From Octopus sinensis (Eukaryota): a stretch of DNA of 64,000 nt. Under the pieces are notes generated by a model, which was not told the origin of the DNA, made no database searches, and saw only the letters and a list, made by a program, of their open reading frames with translations. How positions within the stretch are numbered: position 1 is the first letter of the stretch; every line of letters starts with the position of its first letter. The stretch is taken from the NCBI RefSeq assembly GCF_006345805.1, contig NC_042997.1:121644001-121708000 (forward strand), written 5' to 3'. The position numbers and the translations under genes were made by a program. Positions 1 to 13,432 of the stretch are shown here, one piece after another.

Positions 1-35
1 TATTGAATTATATGGTCCAAAATACTCTAACTCTA

Positions 36-450
36 GGCGCAGGAGTGGGTGTGTGGTAAGTAGCTTGCTTACCAACCACATGGTTCCGGGTTCGTTCACA
101 CTGCGTGATACCTTGGGCAAGTATCTTCTACTATAGCCTCGGGTCGACTAAAGCCTTACAAGTAGATTTCGTAGACGGAAACTAAAAGAAGCCCGACGTA
201 TATATGTATATATATATATGTATGTGTCTGTATATGTTTGTGTGTCTGTGTTTGTCCCCCAACATCACTTCACAACCAATGTTGGTGTGTTTACGTCCCC
301 GTAACGTAGCGGTTCGGCGAAAGAGCCCGATAGAATAAGTACTAGGCTTACAAAGAATAAGTCCTGGTGTTGATTTGCTCGACTAAAGGCTGTACTCCAG
401 CATGGCCGCTGTCAAATGATTGAAACAAGTAAAAGAATAAAGAATAAAGA
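36..450 (+). mobile_element. tRNA-derived CORE-type SINE (family A, OR1/OR2-like), full length
   Basis: tRNA-like head with A/B-box-like motifs, ACCTTGGGCAAGT CORE-like motif, internal (TA)/(TG) microsatellite, 3' end GAAACAAGTAAAAGA; many similar copies in the window. Confidence 0.85.
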
Positions 451-691
451 GAGTATCTACAGAAAAAAAGTACTAAATCGGTTTGATCAGGATGACCTAG
501 GCTATAAAAAAACTACAGATCGACACGCATTGATTTCTGAGTTCATCACCCACAGCTGTCTGCCAGACTCGATAAAATAATACTCGTCAGTTTAACAAAA
601 ATATACAGGCTAAGTACTGCGGTACTATACCACAGACCTCAAATGCTTAGCCGTGTTCATCTATTGATAACTATACATATGGAGCAGTCAT

Positions 692-920
692 GGTGAGGCT
701 GTAATCTGACGGAATCGTTTACGCACAAGGTTAAAAAATAAAATGCTTAGCAGTACTTCGCCCGTCTTTACGTACTGAGTTCAAATTCCGCTAGTGTTGA
801 CTTTACCTTTTATCATTTTAGGGTCGATAAAATTCGTACCAGTTGGTTACAGGAGTCAACGTAACCCTTACTCCTTTTCCCCGAAATTGCTGGTCTGGTA
901 CCAAAATTTGAAACCAATAT
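692..920 (+). mobile_element. SINE family B, degenerate
   Basis: GAGTTCAAATTCC B-box followed by the GGGTCGATAAA..GTACCAG body shared with other B copies. Confidence 0.7.
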
Positions 921-1169
921 GAGTAACTCAGTGGAGTAGGAATAACGTCAAACTCATGATTAAATGTTTCTCATCATATTTCTTTCAGTCTGGAATGCAT
1001 AGGAGGAGGTTTAAAAATAATGGTTAATTAGGCGGAAAGCGAAGGTATGTGACACTTTACACTCATTTGAGGCTGATGGGAGTGGGAGGGAGGTATTATC
1101 AAACCAGGGACAAGGCTGGAAGATTGCTATAGAGTGAACTGTATTAGAGATAGATAGATAAAGGAATAC

Positions 1170-1700
1170 AAAAAATGGGACAAGAACGCAAAACATCCAG
1201 ACAGATGATACAAAAAAAGGACAAAAAAAAACAAGGATGGGTCATTCGGAGTTTTATTTCCTCAATCGAGTTCCAGATTATCTTTGCAATTTCGGCTGGT
1301 TATACTCGAGATTGCTGCAATCTGGCCAGCCCCAAGAAAAAACTAAGCTAAGTGCACTAGATTCCTTGGAAGAAAGCAGCGAATGTATACGAAAGCATGG
1401 ACGAAAAAAACGGGAAAATGGTACACAAATACAAATGCAAATAACAAGGCATTAACAACAGGTGTCTTTCGACTAAGGACGAATTAAATTAAGCTGGTGA
1501 GTGTGGAAGTGAAGACTTACGGCAGGTACATAAGAGATGACAGGTATGGGGAGGAATATAGATGTTGCACGGATGGTAGTCGAACCAAGAAAGAAAGGTC
1601 AGGCTGGGCCGAACACCGTTCACGTGGAGAGAAAGGAGATAGGTAGAGGCAGAGGGATAAAAGAATAGATAGGGGCGAGGGAAAAAAAGAAAAGGTACAA
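1170..1700 (-). mobile_element. Unclassified interspersed repeat, possibly a Penelope-like 3' region
   Basis: Diverged copy in the opposite orientation at about 35600-36200 (shared GAATGACCC, TTAGCTTAG, CGAAAGAC motifs); classification is inference. Confidence 0.5.
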
Positions 1701-2391
1701 AGTATATGTATATATATATACAGAGTGTGTTTGTGCGCGTGCGTTAAATATGAATATTATTTTTTAAAGCACGTTTAGGAATAACAGCGAATAACAAATG
1801 AAGTTTTAATGATAGCGCCACTCCATACAGGAAAGAATCGTGTGTGTTATTATCCTTCTCCTTATGAGACGAGAAAGAAAAAAATCTAAATTATCTTATA
1901 TAATGGGTTCTATTTTTTTTCTCAACATGGGGAATATGAGAATTGTTCTTAGGAGGTCGTGTGAGGTCATATAATGTTCCCTCATCGGCCAGTCGTTTCG
2001 ATTTAAAATCTAATAGTTACGCTAGTAATGTTTTGTCTTTTTAAGTTCTTACTTCTATTTTTCCATCAACCAAAAATGTTTTTCAATATTTTTACTTGGT
2101 CTGGTATTAAATAATGTTTTTTTTTTTTACCTCACAAAGTAGTTGTTTTAACGATAAAACAATTATAAGAAGTAATTATAGCTCTGCAGTAGCAACATGT
2201 TCTTAAGATAGAATCTAAAGAACTTCAATGCAACCTGAGGCTACTAATGAAGCATTTCAAGAAGATAAAGTCACAATGGCTCGTTAAGTTTACAGCCGAA
2301 AATAATTCATCTTTATTTTGACAGTTTTTCTCATTAACTTAAACAGAGGGTGGTCTGCTTTTTTTTTTCTCTTCCAGTGTGAAAAACTTAC

Positions 2392-2453
2392 TGCTATTAA
2401 ATATGATAGCACGTTTCGATGCCTTTTGGCTGCTGTCAGACTACGGACAAATG
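2392..2453 (-). CDS. Candidate 62-nt exon (phase 1 to 0), xFVRSLTAAKRHRNVLSYLIA
   Basis: attccctcatag acceptor, GCA|GTAAGT donor, only one frame open; no homology recognised. Confidence 0.3.
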
Positions 2454-2897
2454 CTATGAGGGAATATTGCTTGAAATAGTCACTTTATTCTGGAATTTAA
2501 GCAAGGAGAGTTGATCACAATCATATTTAATAAGGTAATTCTTTTCAGAAGTTATTCCTCAATCTATTCCATTTTACTACTGTCAATCATCCAGGAGCAA
2601 GTTTTGGTTAATATAGAACAGAGAAGTTGATATGAATAAATGATGTTAGTACAACTTGTTCTGAATATTTTAAATAAGTCCAGTCATTCAAAATTAGAAT
2701 ATTAATCGGGGTTTTACATCGTTCGTTATGTCAGTTTTGAGATCCGTAAGAGGACGGACATGGATGAAAAGCATACTAAATTCTTTTGTCTGTTTCGTAA
2801 TTTCGAATCTCGTAATTCTCATTTCAAATTTCAACAGAATTGTTTTTTCTTGTTTTTTTTTAATGTAGGTCAGTAAAAAAAACAACAAAAAGCATCT

Positions 2898-3470
2898 AGG
2901 CACAGACAGGATTTAACCGATAAGAAACTCACTTGGCAATCAAGTAGTTTCGGGTTCAGGCCCAATGCGCAGCACCGTGGACAAGTGACTTCTACTGTAG
3001 CCCCAGGCTGGCAAATACATGTTAATTGAATTTTGTAGACGGAAACTGTGTGGAAGACCTTCAGCTGTGTAGTAAGAAGCTTGCTTACCACCCACATGGT
3101 TCCCGGTTCAGTCCCACTTGAGCAAGTGGCACCTTGGGCAAGTGACCTCTTCTATAGCCTTGGGCCGCCCAAATCCTTATGACTGGATTTGGTAGACTGA
3201 AACTTAAAGAAGCCCGTTGTATATATGTGTATGTATATTTGTGTGTTTGTTTCTGTGTTTCCCCACTACCACCAACACGACCAACACCACCACCACCAAC
3301 ACGACCAACGCTTGACAGCCGGTGTTGGTGTGTTTATGTCACCGTAACATAGCGTTTCGGCAAAAGTGAAGATAGAATAAGTATTAGGCTTACAAAAAGT
3401 AAGTCCTGGGGTTGATTTGTTCGACTAAAGTCGGTGCTCCAGCATAGCTGCTGTCAAATGACAAGTAAAA
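2898..3470 (+). mobile_element. Old family A head (2898-3060) followed by a full family A SINE (about 3066-3470)
   Basis: Two successive matches to the family A head/CORE region; the second has the microsatellite and 3' half. Confidence 0.75.
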
Positions 3471-3481
3471 AAATACTTACA

Positions 3482-3821
3482 TAAAGGGTAAAGACGCTCT
3501 TCAATCATGAATGACTATGAGATTGCTCCTAGGATGTTCCCCTCCAAAGTACAAGTCTGGTCAAGGTTGTTTATAGACGAACAACAGTCGCCCATGCACG
3601 CCATCCTCACCTCTCCTCATTACCAATGTTATCCAAGGGAATGGTAAAAGCCGATACAGCTTGGCACCAGAAACGTCGCAACTTTATTTCTTCAGCTGAG
3701 GGAACTGTGGCAACGTGAAGTAAGGTGTCTTTCTCAAGAACACTTCACAGCCCAGACTGGGAATCGAACTCACTGTCTCATGATTATGAGCCTGACACTC
3801 TAACCACTGACCCATGCCCCT
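3482..3821 (-). mobile_element. tRNA-derived SINE family C
   Basis: Minus strand reads GGGTCAGTGGTTAGAG...GAGTTCGATTCCC head; tail shared with the copy at 6811-7026. Confidence 0.75.
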
Positions 3822-3840
3822 CCCCCCATCTTCTGGTAAT

Positions 3841-4252
3841 CGGTGCTGGTTTGTTTACATCCTAGTTGGGCAAAAGAAACCGACAGAATAAGTACCAAAT
3901 TTAACAATATGTAAATACTGAGTGCGATTTGTTTGACGAATATTCTTTCTAGGCGGTGCACCAGTATGGTCGCGCTTAAATGACTGAAATAAGTAAAAGA
4001 TAAAAGATTATCCTTTTGGATTGGTAAATTCTAGTAACCAATATTCATCAGAAGGCGGCTGCGAGTTCACTGAAACGTTAGCACGCCGGACAAAATGCTT
4101 AGCGGTATTTCGTCCGTCTTTACGTTCTGAGTTCAAATTCCGCCGATATCGACTTTGTTCTTTATGAGTACCTGTTGATTAGTGGGGACAATGTAATCGA
4201 CTTATGCCCCCACAGAAAATCCTGGTCTTGTGCCAAAACTTCAACCGATATT
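3841..4252 (+). mobile_element. Family A 3' half (3841-4007) and family B SINE (4051-4252)
   Basis: Matches to other A and B copies in the window. Confidence 0.7.
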
Positions 4253-4336
4253 TATCCGAAGAGAAAGAAAATGTATGGAACGTGCTCGAGCTATATATAT
4301 ATTATATATATATATATATATATAATATATATATAT

Positions 4337-4700
4337 GTAGGTCCCCGGGGTTGATTCGGGGTTAACCACAGTAAATAAGGTACTCAATACATAGCAGAGT
4401 AAATTAATTTATTATATAGAAGGAGCTTCTACAGGACTAGAACTGTTTCATTCAAGAGAAATCTTCAGGAAGCTAGTTAACAAGAATTGTATTGGCATTT
4501 ATACATTTAGGCAGGTTTTTTGGGGTAGGCATAGCACAAAATATCATACTTGGGGGAGTGGTCAAGGAGTCAGTGTTAAATTAGATAGAAGAATAAATTA
4601 AAAAAAAAAAAAATAAAAAATAAAAAATAAAATAAAAAAACTATATATAAAAAAAAAAAAAAACCTAGATATAAAAAAAGGGGGGATAGAGTTTTAGGTA
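4337..4700 (-). mobile_element. Probable Penelope-like terminal segment carrying a hammerhead ribozyme
   Basis: Non-coding segment between microsatellites; hammerhead at 4424-4474 followed by AATAAA on the minus strand; PLE assignment inferred. Confidence 0.5.
4424..4474 (-). ncRNA. Type I hammerhead ribozyme (near intact)
   Basis: AGCUUC-CUGAAGA-UUUC UCUU GAAU-GAAA-CAG UUCUAGUC CUG-UA-GAAGCU: 6-bp stem I, full core, 4-bp stem III, GUA cleavage triplet; U-U mismatch at 10.1/11.1. Confidence 0.75.
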
Positions 4701-4711
4701 AATAAGGAGAT

Positions 4712-5531
4712 CTCACTTATACCTATGCACACATGTAACATACATACACACACATGCAAACATATATACACATACATACACACATACATACACACACATA
4801 TATATACATATATATACACTTACACATACACATGCATATACATATCTACACATACACATATATGTATACACACACACACTCACATGCATAACGTATACAC
4901 ACATGTATATATACACACACGACCTCACATACATATACGCACAGAAAAAATATATACACATACACACACATACTCACATACACGCATACACACACATATC
5001 CACACACACACATGCACACACAGCACACTAGTCCCTATATACACATATATACACATACACAAACTATCACACACATACATACAAATCATACATGTATACA
5101 TATAATTGTGTACCTATGCAAACCTACACATACACACATATATATACACATACTAATACAGACCCTTCCCTAATTTTAATTTTATTATCTTCGTTTATTA
5201 CTTTTTGTTATCTTTGCCGCTTGGTCACAAGCATCTTGGCTATGACAGCCAGTCCATTCATCTGTCTACTGGAAAACAAGCACTCATTCACTCACGCACA
5301 CTCTTTAGCACGTACTCTCACTCATTCGTACACTCATACACATACACGCACGCACGCGTTATATTCATACATACATCCATCTACATACATTCACGTATAT
5401 ACACATCCGTACGCGTACCTACAGATTTATGTCTACACTCTTAGAAGGCTAGTCAATATATATACACCAATAAATATAAATACACACACATACATATACC
5501 CTACATACAAATACATAATGTATATATATAT

Positions 5532-5567
<36 letters not shown>

Positions 5568-5678
5568 ATATATATACGCGCAGTTATTCGTACATGCATA
5601 CTCAAAAATAAATAATAAATATTAAGTATATGTACGTGCAGTTACCTATTATATAGACGGATACATACATATAAACTT

Positions 5679-5725
<47 letters not shown>

Positions 5726-6396
5726 ATATACATATACATACAATATATATCACATACACATACACATACATATATACATACATATACATCTACATATATA
5801 CACACACACCACATACACATACATATATACATATATATACATACTTACACACGTACATATAATACACACATAGATAACTCTACGTACCTACATATGCATA
5901 AACACACGAGCGTACGCGCATATGTACATATACACATACACATACACACGCATATATATACATACATACTTACACATACACACATGTATACACACACACA
6001 CATACTTACACATACACACATGTATACACACACACATAATATATATATATATTATATATATACATATACATACACATACACATATATATATTTTATATAA
6101 TATAATAGTACATATACATATACCATATATATACATATATATATACACACACATACATACACATATATATACACACACACACACATACATACACACATAC
6201 ATACACATATACATACATATACACACACATATACACATATACATATACATATACACATACACACACATATATACATGTGTGCAAACATACATACATTCTC
6301 ATACAAGCAGACACACTTACATTTACATATATACACACACTTACACACATATATACATACACATATACATACATACATACATACGTATATGCATAC

Positions 6397-6431
<35 letters not shown>

Positions 6432-6555
6432 CATACATACACATACACATACCCATACATATATATACACACATATACATATACACATGCACATACTTAT
6501 ATCTCTACATATATATATATAATATATATATAATATATATATATATACATATATA
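4712..6555. repeat. Large compound (CA)n/(TA)n/(TACA)n microsatellite field
   Basis: Directly visible; source of many H/T/Y/I and C/V/M/Y pseudo-ORFs. Confidence 0.95.
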
Positions 6556-6639
6556 GCTCGAGCTCGTTTCAGTCCTGGACAACGATTCTTTTACACTTTG
6601 CTATAAATTGTGGTTCCATACATTTTCTTTCTCTTCGGA

Positions 6640-7026
6640 TAAATATTGGTTTCAAATTTTGGCACAAGGCAATCAATTTTGCGGGAATGATCGATCACAT
6701 CAACCCCAAAGCTCAACAGGTATTTATTTTAACATCCCCGAAAAGGTGAAAAGTAAAATCGACCTCGCTGAATATTGAACTTTCAATGTATATAAGAAAA
6801 GAATAAGTACCAGCCTCCCCTCTCCACGCCACCAGTGTTATCCAAGGGAAAGGCCGATACAGCTTGGCATCTGTGACGTAGCAACTTATTTCTACAGCTG
6901 AGTTAACTGGAGCAATGTGAAATAAAGTGTCTTGCTTAAGAATACAGCACGCAGCCCGTCCGGGAATCGAACTCACAACCTCACGATCGTAAGCTCGACG
7001 CTCTAACCACTGAGCCATGCGCCTTC
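6640..7026 (-). mobile_element. Family B fragment (6640-6790) and family C SINE (6811-7026)
   Basis: C head on the minus strand: GGCGCATGGCTCAGTGGTTAGAGC...GAGTTCGATTCCCGG. Confidence 0.8.
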
Positions 7027-8497
7027 ACAAACACACACACACACACACACACCACACACACACACACATGCGCACACATATATATGAAGGCCTCTACCAA
7101 CCCTACTAAAATCTATTGTAAATATATATACTTAGTACTTTAACATACTAAAAAAGATATAATAAAAGGGATGAATGAAAATATGTCAGTTAATCGAAGT
7201 TGGCCTTACTGAAGGAGTAAAAGTCACTGTACTTCATTTTAACGTAAAACAGGAAATTATGAGCGTCCGTACTTTTTCAATGTACAATATATTTCTATTC
7301 GCTTTATTTTGCACTTCAGCATTCTTTGCGTTTCTCAGTCAATATAACGGACCCTGTTTGTATAACGCTTGTTGCTGTGGTGTAAACATATATCTAACTG
7401 AAATGTGTATTTTTATTATCACACGCAGGAATATATATCAATAAACAATATTTGAACTTTTATAAAGATTTTGTTCTGAATCATGTACCAAAGTACTTAG
7501 GATAGGCGTTTTTATTAAATGTAAGAAAAAAATTATAATAATCGGTCCATCTGGCTTTCTATTGCTATTATTGATAAACTCTATCGATACTTTAACATCA
7601 AAAGCGTCGATCCAAAAGACGTATGGCCTGGATATCACTGAAAACTAACAATGTGTAAGGATAAAAAAAAAATAAAGAAAAGATTTCGAATATGCAAACG
7701 TATTTAATTTCCTGGATACAGGTCTCCAACATTCAGACTAAATTTACTCTATGAAGTGGTATTGAACAAGGCGAGGGAAGAAACCAATAAGAAACAAGCT
7801 AAATGTAACCATCCATGGAAATCATTTATAAGCGTATGCAAAGGAATTAAATACCTCCACATCTCTATGAAATCGAAGTTATTTTGGTTGTATTGAAAAT
7901 GACTACAACATTGGAACATGACAAAAAAATAAAGAAAAAATGAAACGAAAACCAAAAAAAAAAAAAAAGAATAAGAATAATAAAAGGGAAGTCAAAATAG
8001 CTTCTTAACTGAAAGTTACTAAAAGTTTGCAGTTATAAAGAATTCTTGTTATTTGATTCCGTAATAATTCTTATACAATTGGATAAATAGTTTCGTGGAA
8101 TCTACTGAGAAAGGGTCTACGAACCAAAGAATAACGGCTACACGTTCTAGAATTTGCTTTCCGTTTTTTATAATAATAATAATATAATTTTCTATCAAAC
8201 CTATTCTTATTCAATGCAATGTGTCTGATTTTAAGAGTTAAATACTCACATATGTTCTGCCGAAAATTGCTAAAATTACTTACAGGCAATCACTTATTTT
8301 CACAATATATTTTACGCCAACTTAATTTAGTTTTCTTTTCCTATGAAGGTATAATTTTATTCACTATTACAGTAGATAATGTAAACTAAAGAGCTGAAAA
8401 AGCGTTAGCAAAACATAAACTGAATGTCTGATTATAAAATTGGAAAAGTGATGGTAATGAATATATATATTACGATAAAGTCTAAGTATTGCCTTAC

Positions 8498-8518
8498 CTA
8501 TCTTAAATATATTGTCGG
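8498..8518 (-). CDS. Candidate 21-nt microexon (phase 1-1), xDNIFKIx
   Basis: tcttcaatttttctgttcgacag acceptor, TAG|GTAAGG donor; only the phase-1 frame is open. Confidence 0.35.
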   Translation of the reverse strand, partial: PTIYLR

Positions 8519-8837
8519 CTGTCGAACAGAAAAATTGAAGATGAGTCCAAGACTTTAATTCTAATGTGTTTTGGTTTATAGTGATTGATTAGAATATTCA
8601 CAAAGGATAATTCATGTAAAACAAAATTGTGAAACAATCGTTATTTGCACTGAGAACAGTTGAGATCGGAAACAATGATTTTCACAGATATTCTAAAAAC
8701 GTTCTGGCAGATTCGAACGCAAAATAAGCAAGTTGCTGCAGTGTAGCTCACAAGAGAACAAATCATTTTTACAACGACAGTATGTTCATAACACACTCGG
8801 CTCATTGGCGCAAGGGATACTGGGGGTGGAGGCTCAA

Positions 8838-9010
8838 TGGCGCAGTGGCTAGGGCAACGGACTCGCGGTCGTAAGAACGCGGTTTCGATTCCCAGACCGA
8901 ACATTGTGTTTATTGAGCAAAAACACCTAAGCTCCACGATGCTCCGGCAGGGGGGGGGGTGAACCCCGCTGTACTCTTACACCACAACTTTCTCTCACTC
9001 TTTCTTCCTA
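8838..9010 (+). mobile_element. tRNA-derived SINE family D
   Basis: TGGCGCAGTGG A-box and GGTTTCGATTCC B-box; body shared with 59240-59590 (minus). Confidence 0.7.
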
Positions 9011-9454
9011 CTTCTGCCACAAAGCAGAGGAACCATGGTGTAACCCACTATGGTGTGGTAAACTTTCAGACCCTTGTCTAGATTGCGAATCCTCTGTGAC
9101 CCAGGATGGTTCAGCGCTCCACCCGTTAAAAGCCACCGTTTACCAAATGAGGATAACGTAGCTTTCGCGCCCGTGCGAAGTCTTACGCGTCTGGTGGGTG
9201 CATCTTCAAGTTGCCACACGCATTCTTAGTAGCTTAGAGTAGGCTCGAATTAGAGATTATTATTTGCGGCTAATGGCGTGAGCCCTGATTGGAAGAAGAA
9301 GTAGAAGAAGAAGAAGAAGAAGACGACTGATACTGGGACATCGGTATTTCGACAAGATGTGTTTCATCAAAAACAAGTACCCGGATCATTTCACTTTAAT
9401 ATTTCCGAAACGATTTCTTTTGCAAAAAAAAAGAAAAAAAAATTCATAGGGGCA

Positions 9455-10241
9455 GGCTTGACTTTGTTGTAAGACACTTCCTCCCCAGTCATATGCTTCC
9501 ACTTTCAGTCCCACTGCGTATCACCTACTATAGCCTCGGGTCAATCAAAGTCCAGTTGGTGTATTCGGTAGACGGAAACTGAAAGAAGCCCGTCGTATAT
9601 ATACATATATATATATATATGTGTGTATGTGTATGTCTTTGTGTCTAAGTTTATCCTCACCGTCGCTTGACAGCCGGTATTGGTGTGTCTACGTCCTCGT
9701 AACCTAGCATATCGGTAAAAGTGCTCGTTAGAATAATTACCAGTTTTAGAAAAGTACTGGAGTCGACTCATTCGATTGAAAATTCTCGAAGACGGTGCCT
9801 CAGCATAGCCGCAGTCTAATGACTGAAACACATAAGAAATAAAACATCTTTGCCTGTGTGGTAAGTAGCTTGCTTACCAACCACATGGTTCCGGGTTCAG
9901 TCCCACTGTGTGGGACCTTGGGCAAGTGTGTTCTAATATAACCTCGGGCCGACCAAAGCCTTGTGAGTGGATTCTGCAGACGGAAACTGAAAGAAGCCCG
10001 TCGTGTATACGTATATATATATGTGTGTGTTTTTGTGTCTGTGTTTGTCCCCACAACATCGCTTGACAAATGATGCTGGTGAGTTTACGTCCCTGTAACT
10101 TAGCGGTTCAGCAAATGTGAGCCGATAGAATAAGTACTAGGCTTACAAAGAATAAGTCCTGGGGTCGAATTTATCGACTAAAGGCGATGCTCCAGCATGG
10201 CCGCAGTTAAATGACTGAAACAAGTAAAAGAGTAAAAGAGT
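9455..10241 (+). mobile_element. Two tandem family A SINEs (older 9455-9835; 9851-10241)
   Basis: Two successive matches to family A. Confidence 0.8.
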
Positions 10242-10370
10242 AATGCCATAGACTATTATGTTTCTATTAATATCTCTGCTCATACAATAATTATGGAAGT
10301 AGAATTAACAATACCAAGAAAACATTGCTTTCGTGATAATTTTAAGCAATCAAGAGTGTTACTAATATCC

Positions 10371-11746
10371 TTTTCTACTCGAGGCACAAGGCCCGAAATT
10401 TTGGGGGTGGGGCCCAGTCAATTAGATCGATCCCAGTACACAACTGGTACTTAATTTATCGACCTCGAATGTATAAAAGGCAAAGTCGACCTCGGAGGAA
10501 TTTGAATTCTGAACATACCGGCAGACGAAATGCCACAAAGCATTTCGCTCTGCGTGCTAACTTTTCATATTTCTTTATGGCACACAAGGGGTTAAACTGC
10601 TACTTTATTTAACGACCCCGAAAGGATGAACGGCTAAGTCGACCTCGGCGGAATTTGAACTCAGAACGTAGCGGCAGACGAAATACTTATTTATTAACCA
10701 CAATAGGCTAAACACAGAAAGGACAAACAAGGACAGACAGACGGATTTAGTCGATTATATCGACCCCAGTGCGTAACTGCTACTTAATTTATCGACCCCG
10801 AAAGGATGAAAGGCAGAGTCGACCTCGGCGGAAGTTAAACTCAGAATGAAACGGCAACCGAAATACCGCTAAGCATTTCGCCCGGCGTGCTAACGCTTTT
10901 TATTTCTTTATTGCCCACAAGGGGCTAAATAAATAGGGGACAAACAAGGACAGACAAAGGGATTAAGTCGATTACATCGACTCCAGTGCGTAACTGGTAC
11001 ATCTTTAAACGACCCCGAAAAAAATGAAAGGCAAAGTCGACCTCGGCGGAGTTTGAACTCAGAACGTAACGGCAGACGAAATACCTATTTCTTTACTACC
11101 CACAAGGGGATAAACACAGAGAGGACAAACAAGGACAGACAAACGGATTAAGTCGATTATATCGACCCCAGTGCGTAACTGGTACTTATTTAATCGACCC
11201 CGAAAGTATGAAAGGCAAAGACGACATCGGCGGAATTTGAACTCAGAATGTAACCGCAGACGAAATACCTATATCTTTACTACCCACAAGGGGCTACACA
11301 CAGAGGGGACAAACGAGAACAGACAAACGGATTAAGTCGACTACATCGACTACAGTGTGCAATTGGTATATATTTATCGACCCTGAAAGGATGAAAGGCA
11401 AATTCGACCTCGGCGGAATTCGAACTCAGAACGTAACGGCAGACGAAATACGGCCACCCATTTCGCCCGGCGTGCTAACCTTTCTTATTTCTTTATTGCC
11501 TACAAGGAGCTAAACACAGAGGGGTTAAACAAGGACAGACAAAGGCATTAAATCGATTACTTTGACCTCAGTGCATAGCTGGTAATTAATTTATCGTCCC
11601 CTGTGCTTAACTGGTAATTAATTTATTGACCCCGAATGGATGAAAGGCAAAGTCGACCTCGGTGGAATTTGAACTCAGAACATAACGGCAAACAGAATAC
11701 CGCTAAGCATTTCGCCCGGCGTGCTAACGTTTCTGCCAGCTCGCCG
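10371..11746 (-). mobile_element. Seven-unit head-to-tail multimer of SINE family B
   Basis: Seven B-box units spaced about 150-250 bp apart; only the 5'-most unit has the full head; flanks gagtgttactaatatc / gagtgtcattaatatc. Confidence 0.9.
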
Positions 11747-12399
11747 TCTGGAGTGTCATTAATATCGTAAATGCAAGTGACTTCGAAGTCGCTTGCGATA
11801 TGAGGCTTGCAGATAGTGAAGAAAGCGAAAGCCAACAATGTAACCAGCGAAGTGTATTATGATATTTAATGTGTTCTCCTTTTCACTTCTTACTTCTAAT
11901 ATCACTGCCATTGGCCTTATCTGTAATCCTTTTCATAGAAACGGTCAATATTGTGTGTACGTATTTCCAATATATTTCAAAGAAACAACGATTCTGTCAT
12001 GAAGTTTCCTTTATCTCACATGCAGCGCAATATAAACTAACGTGGAAGATTTACAGATTCACGCATAGAAACATGCACACACGTACGCATACACATATAT
12101 TTATAAGGAGCAAAAGTGAATGGATCTTCATTGATTATCACGATGATTATTCTAGTTGCTCGATACAGTTGAACTGCCAATGCATTGAATGTTTGGATTG
12201 TTCGGCATGTAACTGAGAAACAAAGTCATTCTCAGTCAGAAATTGCGTGTCATATTCTGCGACGAGGACAGGAATTTTTAATCATGGGAACATCCAGTTG
12301 TGACGATTCCTATACACAGAAAGGTTGGCTTATTCTGAGTTCATAGTAAAATACAAGGGCTCGAGATAGCAGAATGAGATCGAACCCGCGGCTTATTAA

Positions 12400-12871
<472 letters not shown>

Positions 12872-13384
12872 TGAATGCTACCCGAAGAAGAGCTTCGAAG
12901 AGCACACTATAAATTTACTACCTAGATAATATTACACACACAAACACATACAAACGCATATTTCTATAAGTGTATGTGTGTCTTTGTGTGAGTGTGTGCG
13001 TGTTATGTATATCTATGTGCGTTTGTATGTATGTACATGCATGTATGTATATGTGTATATTCGATCGCATCCCGTATACAATGATTGATAGTTACTTTAT
13101 TGATCTATAGATATATAGAAGGTCAGTTCAACCCTATATCCTTTTAACTGAAAATAAAGAGGGTGAATATTAAAATATGGTAACTTTGCTCGGCATCGCT
13201 ACTACTATTCACTATAGAATTAATGCCACATAGGCGAACATAGATTTGGTTATATCTGGTTCCTGGAATACAAAGAATACTTAAGGTCTATTATAGTTGA
13301 CTATCATCAGAAAATAATTCTATTACTCTCACACACATAAGCACTCTCATATATAGATGGACACACACACACACACTCTCACAT

Positions 13385-13432
<48 letters not shown>

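Noticed and set aside
2406-2444. Hammerhead-like CUGACAG..GCC AAAA GGC..GAAACGUG on the minus strand
   Set aside because: Core and cleavage triplet are both non-canonical; chance or the overlapping exon candidate explains it equally well
2378-2534. Strong plus-strand acceptor and donor pair
   Set aside because: Stops in all three frames; could be a UTR exon but cannot be supported from sequence alone
4713-6556. Many 60-200 aa ORFs rich in H/T/Y/I or C/V/M/Y (also near 12400, 21400, 35300, 42100, 48500, 50000, 51100, 61500)
   Set aside because: They are translations of dinucleotide and tetranucleotide microsatellites
6960-7026. tRNA-like sequences (also the heads of families A, B and D)
   Set aside because: They run into SINE bodies, lack a matching acceptor stem, and are multi-copy and diverged
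7175-7900. Hydrophobic signal-peptide-like ORF and neighbouring open frames
   Set aside because: No consistent splice chain or recognisable domain
10371-11746. Regularly spaced repeats resembling a CRISPR array or a retrozyme array
   Set aside because: No unique spacers and no cas genes; units are SINE monomers; no CUGANGA core or other ribozyme motif found in the monomer on either strand
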